The notes under the pieces are model-generated. The model did no database searches and had not been told where the DNA came from. It saw only the letters and a list, made by a program, of their open reading frames with translations. A DNA stretch of 64,000 nt. Origin: an uncultured bacterium (lineage in GTDB: Bacteria > Vulcanimicrobiota > JAJTBE01 > CAYNGH01). Position 1 is the stretch's first letter. Each line of letters starts with the position of its first letter. The stretch lies in the NCBI GenBank assembly GCA_964396845.1, contig CAYNGH010000003.1:2992-66991 (forward strand), given 5' to 3'. Below, one piece after another: positions 17,732 through 27,622 of the stretch. Position numbers and translations under genes: made by a program.

Positions 17732-19387
17732 TTAATCCTTGTAAACTCTCACCCGGCGGAAAGGCTCCTGCCCCAGGCTTGAGGATCGCAGGCTGTAGCT
17801 GTTGACAAGCTGGTGCTGAAGCCTCCTCAGATATGAGTTCTGGGGCATTAAATCCACAGAGTTAGAAGAACGGATGACTTCCATTACAGCCTTCTCTGCG
17901 TCCTTCAATGCGGCGTTTTCCATATTCAGTTTTTCCTGCTGGGATTCGGACAGCTCCCCATAAATTGGCTCGCCGGGGCTGTCCTTCACCTGGAAATGTT
18001 CCTTCAGAAATTTCTGAATCTGAGTGACAGTATTGCTCCGGATGGCATGAACCGGGGTTCTGCCCGCGGATTCCCGAATCTTTTTCAATCCCTTGTGCTC
18101 CTGACTCTTGATGGTCAGGACCATATCGGCATCCTCAATCCGGCGAACCACTGCCACTTTCAGCCCCAGAGCCTCTACCGCCTTTTCAATTCTGTTCCGA
18201 CTGACAGCATAGGGGAAAATCCTCACAGCACGGCCTCTGCCGGTCACAGGAGCTCTGGGAGGCGGAAGCTGGCTGTAATAATCATCTGCGGGAGAACTGT
18301 CGGACTCCCGGTTGTTGTTCTCCCGACGGGATCCTTTTTTGAAGCCGTTTCCATCGGAATTCCCCGTCAAGGCACGGCTCTGAACAACACGGTATCCTCC
18401 CGATTCGTCGTCCCTCTCCCGAATCTCCGGGGTGGGGCTTCCTCCCCTTAGCAGAATATCAATCACCTGATCAACATCCTCGTGGATGGCCAGACGGTCT
18501 TTTTCCTGTATCTCAATCACCACATCAAAGGTGGGCGGAGCTTTCCTCTCCAGCACTGTTTTCTGGGTATGTCTGCGCCGGGCCTCTTCATCGGACAGGG
18601 TCACCGCCTGAATGCCTCCCACCAGGTCTGAAAGAGTGGGATTCATAAGAAGATTGGGCAGGGCATTGCCATGAGCCGTGGCAATCAGCTGAACTCCCCG
18701 TTCCGCGATGGTCCTGGCAGCGTAGGCTTCCTGTTCGGTGCCGATCTCATCCACCACGATGACTTCCGGCATATGGTTCTGGACAGCCTCGATCATGACT
18801 TCATGTTGCAGGTCATGATGGGGTACCTGCATTCGCCGGGCCAGGCCGATCCCCGGATGGGGAATATCCCCGTCACCGGCAATCTCATTAGATGTATCAA
18901 CAATAACAACACGTTTTTTAAAATCGTCCGCCAGAACCCTGGCCATTTCCCGAAGCATTGTGGTTTTGCCTACTCCCGGCCTCCCCAGCAGTAAAATGGA
19001 ACGATCTGTATCCACCAGGTCGCTGATGAGGGAGATGGTGCCGTAAACAGCTCTCCCCACCCGCAGGGTCAACCCGATGACATCATTGGTGCGGTTTTTG
19101 ATGGCAGAGATGCGGTGGAGGGTTCGGGGGATGCCGGCCCGGTTATCAGCGCCGAACTTGCCAACCCTTTCCACCACATGATTAATATCCTCAAGATTGA
19201 TAAATTCATCTCTCAGGTAAGTAAAATGGTCTTCAAAACGGGCTTCAGGCCTCCTGCCCAGGTCCATCACCACCTCAATGAGATCCTGCACACCCCGGAG
19301 TTTCTGCAGCGCTCCGGCCACGTCTTCCGGCAGTATGGTAAGAAGCTCGTCAAGGTTGTCAGTAATACGAATTTCACCTTTTGTCAA
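17732..19387 (-). CDS. AAA-type ATPase with C-terminal R3H nucleic-acid-binding domain (Ycf45/SpoIIIAA-like)
   Basis: LLLGRPGVGKTTMLREMARVL Walker A, VIVVDEIGT Walker B, C-terminal R3H-like segment (VRRIEDADMVLTIKSQEHKGLKKIRESAGRT). Confidence 0.7.
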   Translation of the reverse strand: MTKGEIRITDNLDELLTILPEDVAGALQKLRGVQDLIEVVMDLGRRPEARFEDHFTYLRDEFINLEDINHVVERVGKFGADNRAGIPRTLHRISAIKNRTNDVIGLTLRVGRAVYGTISLISDLVDTDRSILLLGRPGVGKTTMLREMARVLADDFKKRVVIVDTSNEIAGDGDIPHPGIGLARRMQVPHHDLQHEVMIEAVQNHMPEVIVVDEIGTEQEAYAARTIAERGVQLIATAHGNALPNLLMNPTLSDLVGGIQAVTLSDEEARRRHTQKTVLERKAPPTFDVVIEIQEKDRLAIHEDVDQVIDILLRGGSPTPEIRERDDESGGYRVVQSRALTGNSDGNGFKKGSRRENNNRESDSSPADDYYSQLPPPRAPVTGRGRAVRIFPYAVSRNRIEKAVEALGLKVAVVRRIEDADMVLTIKSQEHKGLKKIRESAGRTPVHAIRSNTVTQIQKFLKEHFQVKDSPGEPIYGELSESQQEKLNMENAALKDAEKAVMEVIRSSNSVDLMPQNSYLRRLQHQLVNSYSLRSSSLGQEPFRRVRVYKD

Positions 19388-19476
19388 TTATGTATTCAAA
19401 CCTCCTGATCCATTAATTAGAAAAATCTACATTATAATTTATCATTCTCTCCGGTTAACCTTTTGCCGGAGAAAAT

Positions 19477-21006
19477 TTACCTGAATCTTTTCACCACTCG
19501 GATAAACTCAAGGCTCGGGTCTATGGCTCCCTGAATATGAACCCCCGCGTCCATTTCGACGCGGATATAATCAATAATCTCCCGGGTTATCTCATCGCCG
19601 GGACGCAGAATCGGAATCCCCGGCGGATAAGGGGTTATCATCTCAGAGCAGATCCTTCCCTGGGCTTTTTCCAGGGCAATGGTTTCAAAATCCGCCACAT
19701 AAGCATCCCTGGGTGTCATCAATTGACGGGACCAGTCGGGAAGCTCCATGGGCCGGTTCTTTCGTTTGTAAAACAGGCGGATCCGGGACAGAGAGTGATC
19801 CTCCCGGGGCCAGCTGTCGATTTCTCGGAAAGCCTGAATTATCCTGTTCACATCATCCTTGTGGTTGCCGATGGTTATAAGGGCCAAACAGTTAAAGAGA
19901 TCCGACATCTCAAACTGTATATTATAACGTTTCCGCAGTATCGCCTCCACCTCATACCCGGTAAGATCCAACTCCCGGGCAGTGACAGTCAGCTTGGTTC
20001 CGTCGAACCCGTGAACTCCCGGCCTGCCCACAAGTTCGTATCCATAAGCGTGGATGCCGGGAATCCGGTTCAACTCCTGCCGGGCATTTTCCGCCAGCTG
20101 GAGGGTTCTGTCCAGTAGCTCCCGTCCGTGAACCGCCATATTCATACGGGCTGCATCCAGAGAAGCCACCAGAAGACATGAAGGACTGGTGGAGAGAAAC
20201 AGCCGGATTGCCGACTGAAGCCGTCCCACATCTATCCTGTCCCCTTTGACATGAATCATGGATGCCTGGGCCATACTCCCAGTCAGCTTGTGGGTGCTGT
20301 TGACCACCAGGTCCGCTCCCGCACTCAGAGCCGACTGGGGCAACTGTGGATGAAAAGGGAAATGAGGCCCCCAGGCTTCGTCCACCAGAATCGGCTTGCC
20401 ATGAGAGTGGGCGATATCCACCATCTTATGGATATCACAGGCAGCTCCGTAATATGTGGGGGACAGGATAAACACCGCTCTGGTGTCGGGGTGTTCCTTC
20501 AGGGTTTTCTCAAGGGTTTCCGGAGTGACAGTGTGATCCACCTGCATTTCATAGTCATATTCCGGTTCCATATATACAGGACAGGCTCCCGACAGGATCA
20601 AAGCGCCCGTGGCGGAACGGTGAACATTGCGGGGAAGCAGGATTTTTTCTCCCGGGTTGACCGCAGCCATAATCATTGCCAGATTCCCCGAAGAGGAACC
20701 ATTAATCAAAAAAAATGTCCGGTCAGCGCCATATGCCTCCGCGGCGAGGCTCTGAGCTTCTTCCACCACCGACATAGGCTGGTGTATGTCGTCAAGACCC
20801 ATAACCTGGCTCACATCCGAGGCCAGACCATACTTCTTGACAAAATCACGGAACCGGGGCAGAGCACCCTTTCCCTGCTGATGACCGGGAACATGAAAAG
20901 TCGTCACCCCCGAGTCGATATACTTCTCCAGGGCGTCGAAATATGGGGTTCGGGACTGATCGTGAGCTGATGAAGACGCATCTGTTTCATCAAGATTCAG
21001 GGGCAT
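19477..21006 (-). CDS. PLP-dependent Orn/Lys/Arg decarboxylase (fold type I; Bacillus SpeA-like)
   Basis: ~509 aa from MPLNLDETD. FHVPGHQQGKG, ILVDEAWGPHF and STHKLTGSMAQAS (PLP-lysine region) match the OKR_DC_1 family. The longer track ORF N-extension is Cys-rich and unsupported. Confidence 0.8.
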   Translation of the reverse strand: MPLNLDETDASSSAHDQSRTPYFDALEKYIDSGVTTFHVPGHQQGKGALPRFRDFVKKYGLASDVSQVMGLDDIHQPMSVVEEAQSLAAEAYGADRTFFLINGSSSGNLAMIMAAVNPGEKILLPRNVHRSATGALILSGACPVYMEPEYDYEMQVDHTVTPETLEKTLKEHPDTRAVFILSPTYYGAACDIHKMVDIAHSHGKPILVDEAWGPHFPFHPQLPQSALSAGADLVVNSTHKLTGSMAQASMIHVKGDRIDVGRLQSAIRLFLSTSPSCLLVASLDAARMNMAVHGRELLDRTLQLAENARQELNRIPGIHAYGYELVGRPGVHGFDGTKLTVTARELDLTGYEVEAILRKRYNIQFEMSDLFNCLALITIGNHKDDVNRIIQAFREIDSWPREDHSLSRIRLFYKRKNRPMELPDWSRQLMTPRDAYVADFETIALEKAQGRICSEMITPYPPGIPILRPGDEITREIIDYIRVEMDAGVHIQGAIDPSLEFIRVVKRFR

Positions 21007-21187
21007 TATCAAGGAACATCCCTCCTGTGGACACGCCGGCAAAAGGCAACAGTACTCGTCAACCGGCCTTGGCCGTTGCTTTTTAAAGCAGTGTATATCC
21101 ATATGAATCCTTTGTCAAGAAGATAGCAAAAAGAAGGAACAAAAAAGGCCGTCTGCGGGACGGCCCAGAAATATATTGAAGTACAAA

Positions 21188-21826
21188 TTATCCTTTTAAA
21201 CGCCTGGCACCGCAAAATTTCTCGGCATAATAGCCCTGATCCATACGGTCAACAACCACTGGCTTTGCCGCGGTGGGACGATGGACAAATTTTCCGTCGC
21301 CAAGATAAATCCCCACGTGGGTATAGTCGGTAGGCAGGTAGGTGTATCCAAAATATACAATGTCGCCGGGCTTTAAATCTTTCTTTTCTACTTTTTTACC
21401 CTGCTTCTGAAGCTCCCAGCAGTTGACCTCGTGCTTGAAATCGGGAGGAGCGATGCCGGAGTCCTTCACCATCTGGCTTACAAAGTCGGCGCAACGCTCC
21501 CGCTGGCCTGGCTTGAATTCCTTGCCGTCCATCTTGGCTGCATAATCCGCCAGCCTCTGTCCCGCCTGGGATGCGGTAATCCCGCCGATGCCCAGGGCAG
21601 CACTTCCACCGGCCCTGGAAAGAAGGGCCTGAAGACTGTCGGGTGTATTCAGGCCGTTGACCCCCATAGCACCAAGGTTGTTCTGGTTTCCCATGGCCAT
21701 CTTCAGGCTGGAATTGAACTGCATGTGGTTAACCTGAAGGGCCTGGGGCGAGGATACCTGGTTAATTCTCTGCTTGATGGAATTAATCCGGCTCATTACC
21801 CTCTGGATTGCATGAAACTGGGACAT
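21188..21826 (-). CDS. NlpC/P60-family peptidoglycan hydrolase with conserved N-terminal helix motif
   Basis: C-terminal catalytic triad context CADFVSQM ... GDIVYF ... HVGIYLGDGKFVH. N-terminus MSQFHAIQRVMSRINSIKQRINQV. Strong RBS GGGAGGAAG. Confidence 0.7.
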   Translation of the reverse strand: MSQFHAIQRVMSRINSIKQRINQVSSPQALQVNHMQFNSSLKMAMGNQNNLGAMGVNGLNTPDSLQALLSRAGGSAALGIGGITASQAGQRLADYAAKMDGKEFKPGQRERCADFVSQMVKDSGIAPPDFKHEVNCWELQKQGKKVEKKDLKPGDIVYFGYTYLPTDYTHVGIYLGDGKFVHRPTAAKPVVVDRMDQGYYAEKFCGARRLKG

Positions 21827-22008
21827 TTAGCTTCCTCCCGACACAAGAATGTAAAAACAGATGGTGGCGACATCTCCACTTCTATTATTACATTTTTAGA
21901 GGATAAATGAAAGGGGGTTTTGTTAAAATCTTGTTACAAAAGTGTAAAAATTTTTGCACAATTGCAGACATGAAGCCGACATCTATTAATTTTTGTTAAC
22001 AAATCCCA

Positions 22009-22392
22009 TTAATCCTGTTTTCTAAAATAAAGAGGGCGTTCCTCCACCAGTCTGCTGTCGAGGAAAATCTGCAGATGATAAGTGCCCGGCTCAGTGAAGA
22101 CCAGCTGGTTTACATCGGTGGTTACATAGGCGGTTTCAGTTTCTTCTTCCAGGGTAAAATACTGCTCCTGGGACTGAGTAACAATAAGAGAATGGGTGGG
22201 GTTTAAAAGTTTGAGCTGTTGGACATGAAACCCGGTTCCATTGGACCAGGCGCACATGACAGAAAAATGGGGATAAGAGAAGGGATACCGGGATGAAGAA
22301 AGCTCGCTGAAAACCCCGTAACAAACCAGTTTGTTGTCGGGCAGGGGTATCACCGAGTCACAGAATATCACATTTGTCAGGGCCAGTTCCAT
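22009..22392 (-). CDS. hypothetical protein
   Basis: 127-aa ORF, no recognisable motif; compact spacing with neighbours. Confidence 0.4.
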   Translation of the reverse strand: MELALTNVIFCDSVIPLPDNKLVCYGVFSELSSSRYPFSYPHFSVMCAWSNGTGFHVQQLKLLNPTHSLIVTQSQEQYFTLEEETETAYVTTDVNQLVFTEPGTYHLQIFLDSRLVEERPLYFRKQD

Positions 22393-22499
22393 TTCCTTGT
22401 TTCTCCTTGATACGAACCGCTGTTTTGCAGTCCTTTTCGAGGCCAGACATACAAATCCCTTGCACAGAGAAAGGTGGTTTTGAACCGGGGAACCTCAGC

Positions 22500-23207
22500 T
22501 CAGAGGATAACTGGCACCGGATCTGTCACCTGGTTTACAAGGGTGTCAATACGGCATCGATAAGCCAAAATTTTAATCCCCTCTTCAAAGGCTTCCCGTA
22601 GAAGCCGGGCAAAGGCGGGATCTTCTTCTTCGTTGGGGGAAAAACTGACGGCATCGGAACGCTGGACAATAAACACCACTGCTCCCTGTTCTCCCTTTCG
22701 GCAGTGATCAATCAGCTCCCGCAGATGCCTGCATCCCCGGGATGTGGGAGCATCAGGGAACCGGGCTACCCCGTCAGTCACCAGGCTTACTGATTTAATC
22801 TCAGTAAAGACTCTCTTCTCTCCGGGATCCTCTAAGACAAAATCAATTCTGGACATCCCCAGTCTTTTTTCCCTGCCAGCTATTCGCCACCGGGCAAACT
22901 CAGTGATAATCCCATCGTTGAGAGCCTCTTCAAAAAGCCGGTTTGCCTTGGCCGCCTCCAGGGATACATAGCCGGAGCCGAACCGGGAAAGAACAAGGGT
23001 ATATGATGTTTTCCTGGCCTTGTTGCCCGGCGGGGCCTGGGACAGGAAAACTTCCCGATTGGGAATCAGAAGCTCCCCGAGCCTCCCGGAATTGGGAACA
23101 TGGACATACTGCTTTCTGCCGTCAACAATGACTGTTGCAGAGAAGCGGTTTTCTCTCTTTACAAATCTTGCGGGTATGAGTCTGTCGGGATATTCCAGGT
23201 CAATCAC
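22500..23207 (-). CDS. sfsA: sugar fermentation stimulation protein A homologue
   Basis: 235 aa, N-terminus LIPARFVKRENRFSATVIVDG and overall length typical of SfsA. Confidence 0.8.
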   Translation of the reverse strand: MIDLEYPDRLIPARFVKRENRFSATVIVDGRKQYVHVPNSGRLGELLIPNREVFLSQAPPGNKARKTSYTLVLSRFGSGYVSLEAAKANRLFEEALNDGIITEFARWRIAGREKRLGMSRIDFVLEDPGEKRVFTEIKSVSLVTDGVARFPDAPTSRGCRHLRELIDHCRKGEQGAVVFIVQRSDAVSFSPNEEEDPAFARLLREAFEEGIKILAYRCRIDTLVNQVTDPVPVIL

Positions 23208-23467
23208 TCCAGAACTGCAAAAGTTTTTTTGCCCTGCCGGGTAAATTCAAGGCTAATCCGGCGGTTTCACTGCAGAAGCCTCACCGACTCACATGAAGTT
23301 TTCGATGTGCTCCAGCTGAAACCTTTCCGAGTTAACCATTTCAGGGCATTTGGAGGAATTCCCAACTGAGAAGCGAAAAACTATCAGACATGGAAACAGG
23401 CAGGATTAACCTCTCCGGAGGTTAATCGTGTATTATCATATCATTGATTAAAAGAGGTGAGATTAAA

Positions 23468-23635
23468 TTGGCACGCGGAAAAGAAAAAAAACCAAGCGAC
23501 CCCAAATGCAGGGGTTGCGGAGGGCTTCTGGAAGGCCGACAGACAGTCCGGATAGCCGGTAACAAGTGGCACGTGGAGTGCGCCCAGAAAGCCGGTAAAA
23601 AAATCCCCAGGGAATACCAGCAGCAGGCCTCATAA
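23468..23635 (+). CDS. small zinc-ribbon protein (putative)
   Basis: TTG start 7 nt after AGAGGTGA; ~55 aa with CRGCGG ... HVEC (4-Cys/His knuckle). Directly upstream of the EF-G paralogue. Confidence 0.3.
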   Translation: MARGKEKKPSDPKCRGCGGLLEGRQTVRIAGNKWHVECAQKAGKKIPREYQQQAS

Positions 23636-23744
23636 AAAAGAATATCAGAACCAACCGCCCGCAAAGCCCCTGGCTCCGACTCTGTCGGAATGCTGACGCG
23701 GCAGTGGGCGGTATTACTACCAATTATTTGACAGGAGGATTTCA

Positions 23745-25823
23745 GTGAAGAAATACAGTGTTGACAAGATCAGGAATGTGGGGTTTTTTGGTCATGGGGG
23801 AACCGGCAAGACCACCATGTGCGAAGGAATGCTATTCGACACAAAAACCATTGACAGATTCGGGAAAATCAACGAGGGAAACACAACCTCGGACTTTGAT
23901 CCCGATGAAATAAAACGGGGAATGTCCATATTCACCAGTGTTATTCCCGTGGAATATAACGGTTGCAAACTCAATATCCTTGACACTCCCGGCTTTTTGG
24001 ACTTTGCCGCCCAGATTCAAAGCAGTTTGAGGGTCGTTGAGTCCGGGGTGTTTTTTATGTCGGCTCAGGCCGGGGTGGAAGTCGGCCTGGAGAGAGCATG
24101 GAAAATGTCAAAGGATCTCAGAATGGGGCGAATGTTTTTCATCAATGCCCTGGACAAGGAAAATGCCGATTTTGACAAGGCTCTGGCATCCATAGAAGAG
24201 ATCCTTCCCGTGGATGGAAGCGTTGTCCCAATCCAGATACCCATGGGTAAATCCCCCAACGTGACGGGAATAATCGATCTGGTGGAGATGTGTTCATATA
24301 CCTTTGACAACGGCAATGCCGTAAAGGGCGAGATTCCTGCCGGTGAAAAGGATCGGGCCGACAGCTTCCGGGAAAAACTGGCAGAAGCCGCCGCGGGCAC
24401 CGATGAAAAGATGATCGAAAAATACTTCGAAGGAGAACTCACCCAGGAGGATATCGCCACGGGACTTTCCACAGGCATCAGAAACGGCAGTATTCTGCCG
24501 GTTATGTGCGGTTCAGCCTATAATAATATTGGAGTAACCACCCTCATGGATGCCCTGGTGAACTTTGCGCCGGCTCCCAACGAAATGGGGCCGACAAAGG
24601 CAGAAAACGCCGACGGAGAACAAGTGGAGATAAATCCCTCCCAGGAGGATCCCATGTCGGCGCTGATATTTAAAACCACCACAGATCCTTATGTGGGGCG
24701 GTTGTCGGTAATGCGGGTCTTCTCGGGAATCCTCAAGCCGGATGCAGTTTATTACAACTCCAATCGGGAAACCGAGGAAAAAATCAGCAGCCTTATGATC
24801 TTCCGGGGAAAGAATCATGAAACCCTGGAAGAAGCTGTAGCGGGGGATATTGTCACCGTGGCCAAACTGACGGTAACAGTCACCGGCGACACCTTGTGTT
24901 CCGATGAAAGGATAGTAAAATTTCCCCCCATCAACTTCCAGGAACCCCTCATGTCCATGGCTGTCTTCCCCAAGAGCAAAGGCGACGAGGATAAGCTGTC
25001 CGGAGGCCTCAACAAGCTCATGGAAGAGGACCCCACCTTTAATGTTTACCGGGATCCCGTCACCAGGGAAACCATCATCTCGGGAATCGGAGATCTTCAG
25101 CTGACAATCCTCATGGACCGGCTTAAGAGAAAATTTGGTGTTGACGTGGATCTGAAAAGCCCCAAGGTTCCTTACAAGGAAACCATCAAAGGAACCACCA
25201 AGGTTGAGAACAAATACAAAAAACAGACCGGAGGCCGGGGTCAGTATGGTCATGTGTGTCTTGAGATCGGCCCCATCAACCCCGAGGAGGGATTTGTCTT
25301 TGAAGACAAGATTGTCGGGGGAGTTGTGCCCAAGAATTACATCCCTGCGGTGGAAAAGGGAGTCCGCAAGGCCATGACCGAAGGAGTGCTGGCAGGCTAT
25401 CCCGTAGTGGGTGTCCGGACAGCCCTGTATTTTGGATCTTATCACACCGTTGACTCATCAGATATGGCTTTCCAGATAGCCGGCTCAATGGCCTTCAAAA
25501 AAGGCGCTCCCAACTGCAAGCCGGTCCTGCTGGAACCCATATACGACATCGAAGTTATTGTCCCCGAATCATTCATGGGAGATGTCATCGGAGATCTCAA
25601 CAGCCGGCGGGGCAGAATCATGGGTATGGATCCCATGAGTGATGGAAACCAGTCCATCAAGGCCCAGGCTCCCCTGGCAGAGATTCAGAGGTACTCCATA
25701 GACCTTCGTTCCCTGACCCAGGGCCGAGGTATTTTCCATATGAAGTTCAACCGTTACGAAGAAGTCCCCGCCCAGGTGGCAGAACCGATTATTGAAGCGT
25801 CAAGAAAAGAAGAGGAAGAATAA
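23745..25823 (+). CDS. elongation factor G-family GTPase paralogue with divergent G1 and G4 motifs
   Basis: 692 aa, five-domain EF-G layout, DTPG and domain-IV GGRGQYGHV present. The P-loop reads GHGGTGKTT (canonical AHIDAGKTT) and G4 reads NALD (canonical NKMD). Not adjacent to rpsL/rpsG/tuf. Confidence 0.85.
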   Translation: MKKYSVDKIRNVGFFGHGGTGKTTMCEGMLFDTKTIDRFGKINEGNTTSDFDPDEIKRGMSIFTSVIPVEYNGCKLNILDTPGFLDFAAQIQSSLRVVESGVFFMSAQAGVEVGLERAWKMSKDLRMGRMFFINALDKENADFDKALASIEEILPVDGSVVPIQIPMGKSPNVTGIIDLVEMCSYTFDNGNAVKGEIPAGEKDRADSFREKLAEAAAGTDEKMIEKYFEGELTQEDIATGLSTGIRNGSILPVMCGSAYNNIGVTTLMDALVNFAPAPNEMGPTKAENADGEQVEINPSQEDPMSALIFKTTTDPYVGRLSVMRVFSGILKPDAVYYNSNRETEEKISSLMIFRGKNHETLEEAVAGDIVTVAKLTVTVTGDTLCSDERIVKFPPINFQEPLMSMAVFPKSKGDEDKLSGGLNKLMEEDPTFNVYRDPVTRETIISGIGDLQLTILMDRLKRKFGVDVDLKSPKVPYKETIKGTTKVENKYKKQTGGRGQYGHVCLEIGPINPEEGFVFEDKIVGGVVPKNYIPAVEKGVRKAMTEGVLAGYPVVGVRTALYFGSYHTVDSSDMAFQIAGSMAFKKGAPNCKPVLLEPIYDIEVIVPESFMGDVIGDLNSRRGRIMGMDPMSDGNQSIKAQAPLAEIQRYSIDLRSLTQGRGIFHMKFNRYEEVPAQVAEPIIEASRKEEEE

Positions 25824-25853
25824 TTCTTTGGAATATTTTAAGGGGGTTACATA

Positions 25854-27416
25854 ATGAAAAAATGGAAAATCCTGATGTTGCTTGTCTTATGCGTCTTTAT
25901 GGCGGCAGCCTTTATACCTGGTTGTACCGGCGGAGTTGAATACAGGTATCAGAGTGACGATCCTGCTCCACCGCCACCGCCTCCGCCACCGCCTCCGGGG
26001 CCCACAGGGACTCCAACTTTTGAAACCGGCAAGGATCTGGTGGAGTTTGTCACCGGCAGGACGAATATTTTTAATATTTCTCTTTGGGGCAGTGACAATA
26101 TCTATCCCTATGCCAATTCCAGCGCTGGTACATATACCGGGCAGGATGTTTACTGGGTTGAGAGTGTTGGAAACCCCAACGGCAGAGTTGCTGTTCTGTC
26201 CAACAGCCGGGTGGGCGATGACGTGGTAACCGGCTTGAATGTACCCCAGGCCTTTGCTCTTCACCGCAGGAACGGTACAAACTACCTGTTTGTTGCCGAA
26301 AGTGGTGGCGGTTCCGGCGGTTCTCTTTATAGATATGACCTGAGTACCAATCCTCCCACTGCTACCACCCTGGCTTCAGGACTCCAGGGAGAAGTTTATT
26401 ACATGGCTCTGGACAATCCTGAATCATTGGATCCTTGGCTCTATTATGCCGTGGATGCCGGGGGAACCAGTTCTGTCCTGGCCCGGGTTGTTTCCCATTC
26501 CACAAACCCGGTCCCCCAGGTCATATCAACCAGCCTGAGCAATGTCCATCATGTCTATGTTTATTCTCAATTCATTCCCCAGGGGGCCGTGGATCCTGAC
26601 ACCGGCGATGATGTGTCGGTTCAGCCCAATGCCAGTGACTTTGTCTTTGTGACCGAGGACCTGGGAACACCCAACGGAAAAGTGCTGATGTTCAATGTTT
26701 CCAACTGGAACGGCACTGCCCCGCTGACTCCCGTTGAGATAAATTCCGGCAACGGGCAGAATCGTCCAGCCAAGATCACCTTTGTGCCGGATATCAAGGA
26801 ATACCTTGTTAATGGTGAATCCCGGTATGGCCACACAGACAATACCGGAGGCACAATCTTCTGGACCAACTATGCATCCAATACCGGCGAGGTATGGGGC
26901 GCAAGGCTGGAGATTAACGGCTCGGGAACAAATATGGAAGTAACTGATGGCCCCAAGAAAATCGCAGAATCCCTCCGCATGTCTTATGACATAATCGGTC
27001 CCGATGATTTCCGCTATCTTTTCACCACCTTCAATGGCAACACTCCAACCCATGTCAGCGGAAACAAATATGATGTGTGGGCGGACTATGTGGCAAACGG
27101 CAACGAGTTATTCAACCGTCTTTATGTTTCCCGCAATGAAGCCAGAGGCGACGGTGGCAATTACTATGTGATTGACCTGAATGCCTACAACGATTCACCT
27201 CTTACGCCAGGCAACGGTGTGAGCAATTTCATAACAGAGAATGCTCAGTTCCCCTTGAATGGAAAGATGCAGGTTTATCTGTATGATCCTGATGATGGTT
27301 CGATTCCCCAGGCATATCGGATGGACTTGTTCTTCACCGGTATGGAGAGGGATACCGGATCCAACAACACATATATTTATATATTCAAAAACAAGTTCAG
27401 CCCTCCGGGGTCATAA
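25854..27416 (+). CDS. secreted lipoprotein with poly-proline linker and beta-rich (propeller-like) body
   Basis: Signal peptide MKKWKILMLLVLCVFMAAAFIPGC, then PAPPPPPPPPPPGPTGTP; rest rich in G/N/T/Y/V as in beta-propellers. 520 aa. Confidence 0.6.
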   Translation: MKKWKILMLLVLCVFMAAAFIPGCTGGVEYRYQSDDPAPPPPPPPPPPGPTGTPTFETGKDLVEFVTGRTNIFNISLWGSDNIYPYANSSAGTYTGQDVYWVESVGNPNGRVAVLSNSRVGDDVVTGLNVPQAFALHRRNGTNYLFVAESGGGSGGSLYRYDLSTNPPTATTLASGLQGEVYYMALDNPESLDPWLYYAVDAGGTSSVLARVVSHSTNPVPQVISTSLSNVHHVYVYSQFIPQGAVDPDTGDDVSVQPNASDFVFVTEDLGTPNGKVLMFNVSNWNGTAPLTPVEINSGNGQNRPAKITFVPDIKEYLVNGESRYGHTDNTGGTIFWTNYASNTGEVWGARLEINGSGTNMEVTDGPKKIAESLRMSYDIIGPDDFRYLFTTFNGNTPTHVSGNKYDVWADYVANGNELFNRLYVSRNEARGDGGNYYVIDLNAYNDSPLTPGNGVSNFITENAQFPLNGKMQVYLYDPDDGSIPQAYRMDLFFTGMERDTGSNNTYIYIFKNKFSPPGS

Positions 27417-27442
27417 GATCCTGTTTCAAAGACAGTATTATC

Positions 27443-27478
27443 GGGGTGCCCTGTGGGGTGCCCCTTTTGTTTTGTCCA
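27443..27478 (+). terminator. rho-independent terminator
   Basis: GGGGUGCCC-ugug-GGGUGCCCC (9-bp stem with two G-U pairs) followed by TTTTGTTTTG. Confidence 0.5.
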
Positions 27479-27622
27479 CATGTTAACATATTATTAACAT
27501 GCGAAGAGGTTAAGTTGTATCTCATGTAATGCTGATGATTGCTGGTTTTTCGAGGCTATGTATATTGGATGCCTACAGCATGGCTTTTCTTGAGAAATGC
27601 AGACAATTAGGATATAATAAAT

